A DNA stretch of 64,000 nucleotides from Raja brachyura. Taxonomy: Eukaryota. Location of the stretch: assembly GCA_963514005.1 (NCBI GenBank), contig OY740811.1, positions 5,890,001 to 5,954,000 on the forward strand, read 5' to 3'. The notes under the pieces are model-generated. The model did no database searches, had not been told where the DNA came from, and saw only the letters and a list, made by a program, of their open reading frames with translations. Of the stretch, positions 63,258 to 64,000 are shown in pieces. Each line of letters begins with the position of its first letter. Position 1 is the stretch's first letter. The position numbers and the translations under genes are program-made.

Positions 63258-63895
63258 GTGTAGAAAGGAATTACAGATGCTGGTTTAAACCAAAGATAGA
63301 TACAAAGACCTGGAATAATTCAGCGGCATCTCGGGAAAGAAGGAATGGGTGATGTTTCGGGTCGAGACTCTTCTTCAAACTGGTTATATAGACAATGATG
63401 TGGAGAGATAAAGAACAATGAATAAAGGATATGCAAAAAAGTAACAATGATAAAGGAAACAGGCTATTGTTAGCTGTTTGTAGGGTGAAAACGAGAAGCT
63501 AGTGCGACTTGGGTGGGGGACAGATAGAAAGAGAGGGAATGCCAGGGCTACCTGAAGTGAGAGAAATCAATATTCATACCATTCGTATCGTATGAGATGC
63601 TGTTCTTCCAATTTGCATTTGGTGGATAGCCCCACCATTCCCTCTCTCTCTCTATCCAACCCCCACCCAAGTCGCACTAGCTTCTCGTTTTCACGCTACA
63701 AACAGCTCACAATGGCCTGTTTCCTTAGAATTTGTTACTATTTTGCATATCTTTTATTCTTTGTTCTTTATCCCTCCTCATCATCTCTCGTTTCCCTTAT
63801 TCCTAACCAGTCTGAAGAAGTCTCGACCCGAAAAACATCACCCATTCCTTCTCTCCAGAGAGGCTGCCTGTCCTGCTGACTTACTCCAGCTTTTT
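63258..63895. mobile_element. Large inverted pair of PLE 3' ends (arms about 250-270 bp)
   Basis: About 63300-63560 is the reverse complement of about 63625-63895 (e.g. GTGAAAACGAGAAGCTAGTGCGACTTGGGTGGGGG / CCCCCACCCAAGTCGCACTAGCTTCTCGTTTTCAC); degenerate hammerhead motifs in both arms. Confidence 0.85.
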
Positions 63896-63974
63896 CCACG
63901 GATCTTCTGTAGGAATAATGCATCTGCTATGGCAATGTATGGATACAAAGCCTGTGATAGTGGTAAGTTTGAAT

Positions 63975-64000
63975 GACAATAGACAATAGACAATAGACAA
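63975..64000 (-). repeat. (ACAATAG)n repeat, probable CR1 tail running off the window
   Basis: Same repeat unit as the CR1 tail at 60907-60920. Confidence 0.7.

Overview
Vertebrate, repeat-rich, mostly intronic DNA. The SINE/LINE repertoire (tRNA-derived HE1-like SINEs, HER1/CR1, Rex1/Babar, Deu-domain SINEs, Penelope-like elements) points to a cartilaginous fish, probably a skate or ray (inference). The only host coding sequence I can support is a 350-bp exon on the minus strand (23140-23489) matching PRDM16 exon 2 (N-terminus and start of the PR/SET domain) with canonical AG/GT boundaries, so the window probably lies within PRDM16 introns 1 and 2. Almost all other listed ORFs are TE remnants or chance. 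Most notable: many Penelope-like element (PLE) termini carry a minimal hammerhead ribozyme motif (CUGANGA-stem II-GAAAC/GUC). Several occur as short, often fold-back, units with their own 11-16 bp target-site duplications, suggesting independently inserted ribozyme-bearing elements. Also present: a CpG-rich MITE family with a duplicated terminus, two three-level TE nests, a degenerate LTR-integrase-like relic and several CNE-like unique stretches. TE boundaries were read by eye and are approximate unless TSDs are quoted; family assignments come from recalled motifs, not database searches.
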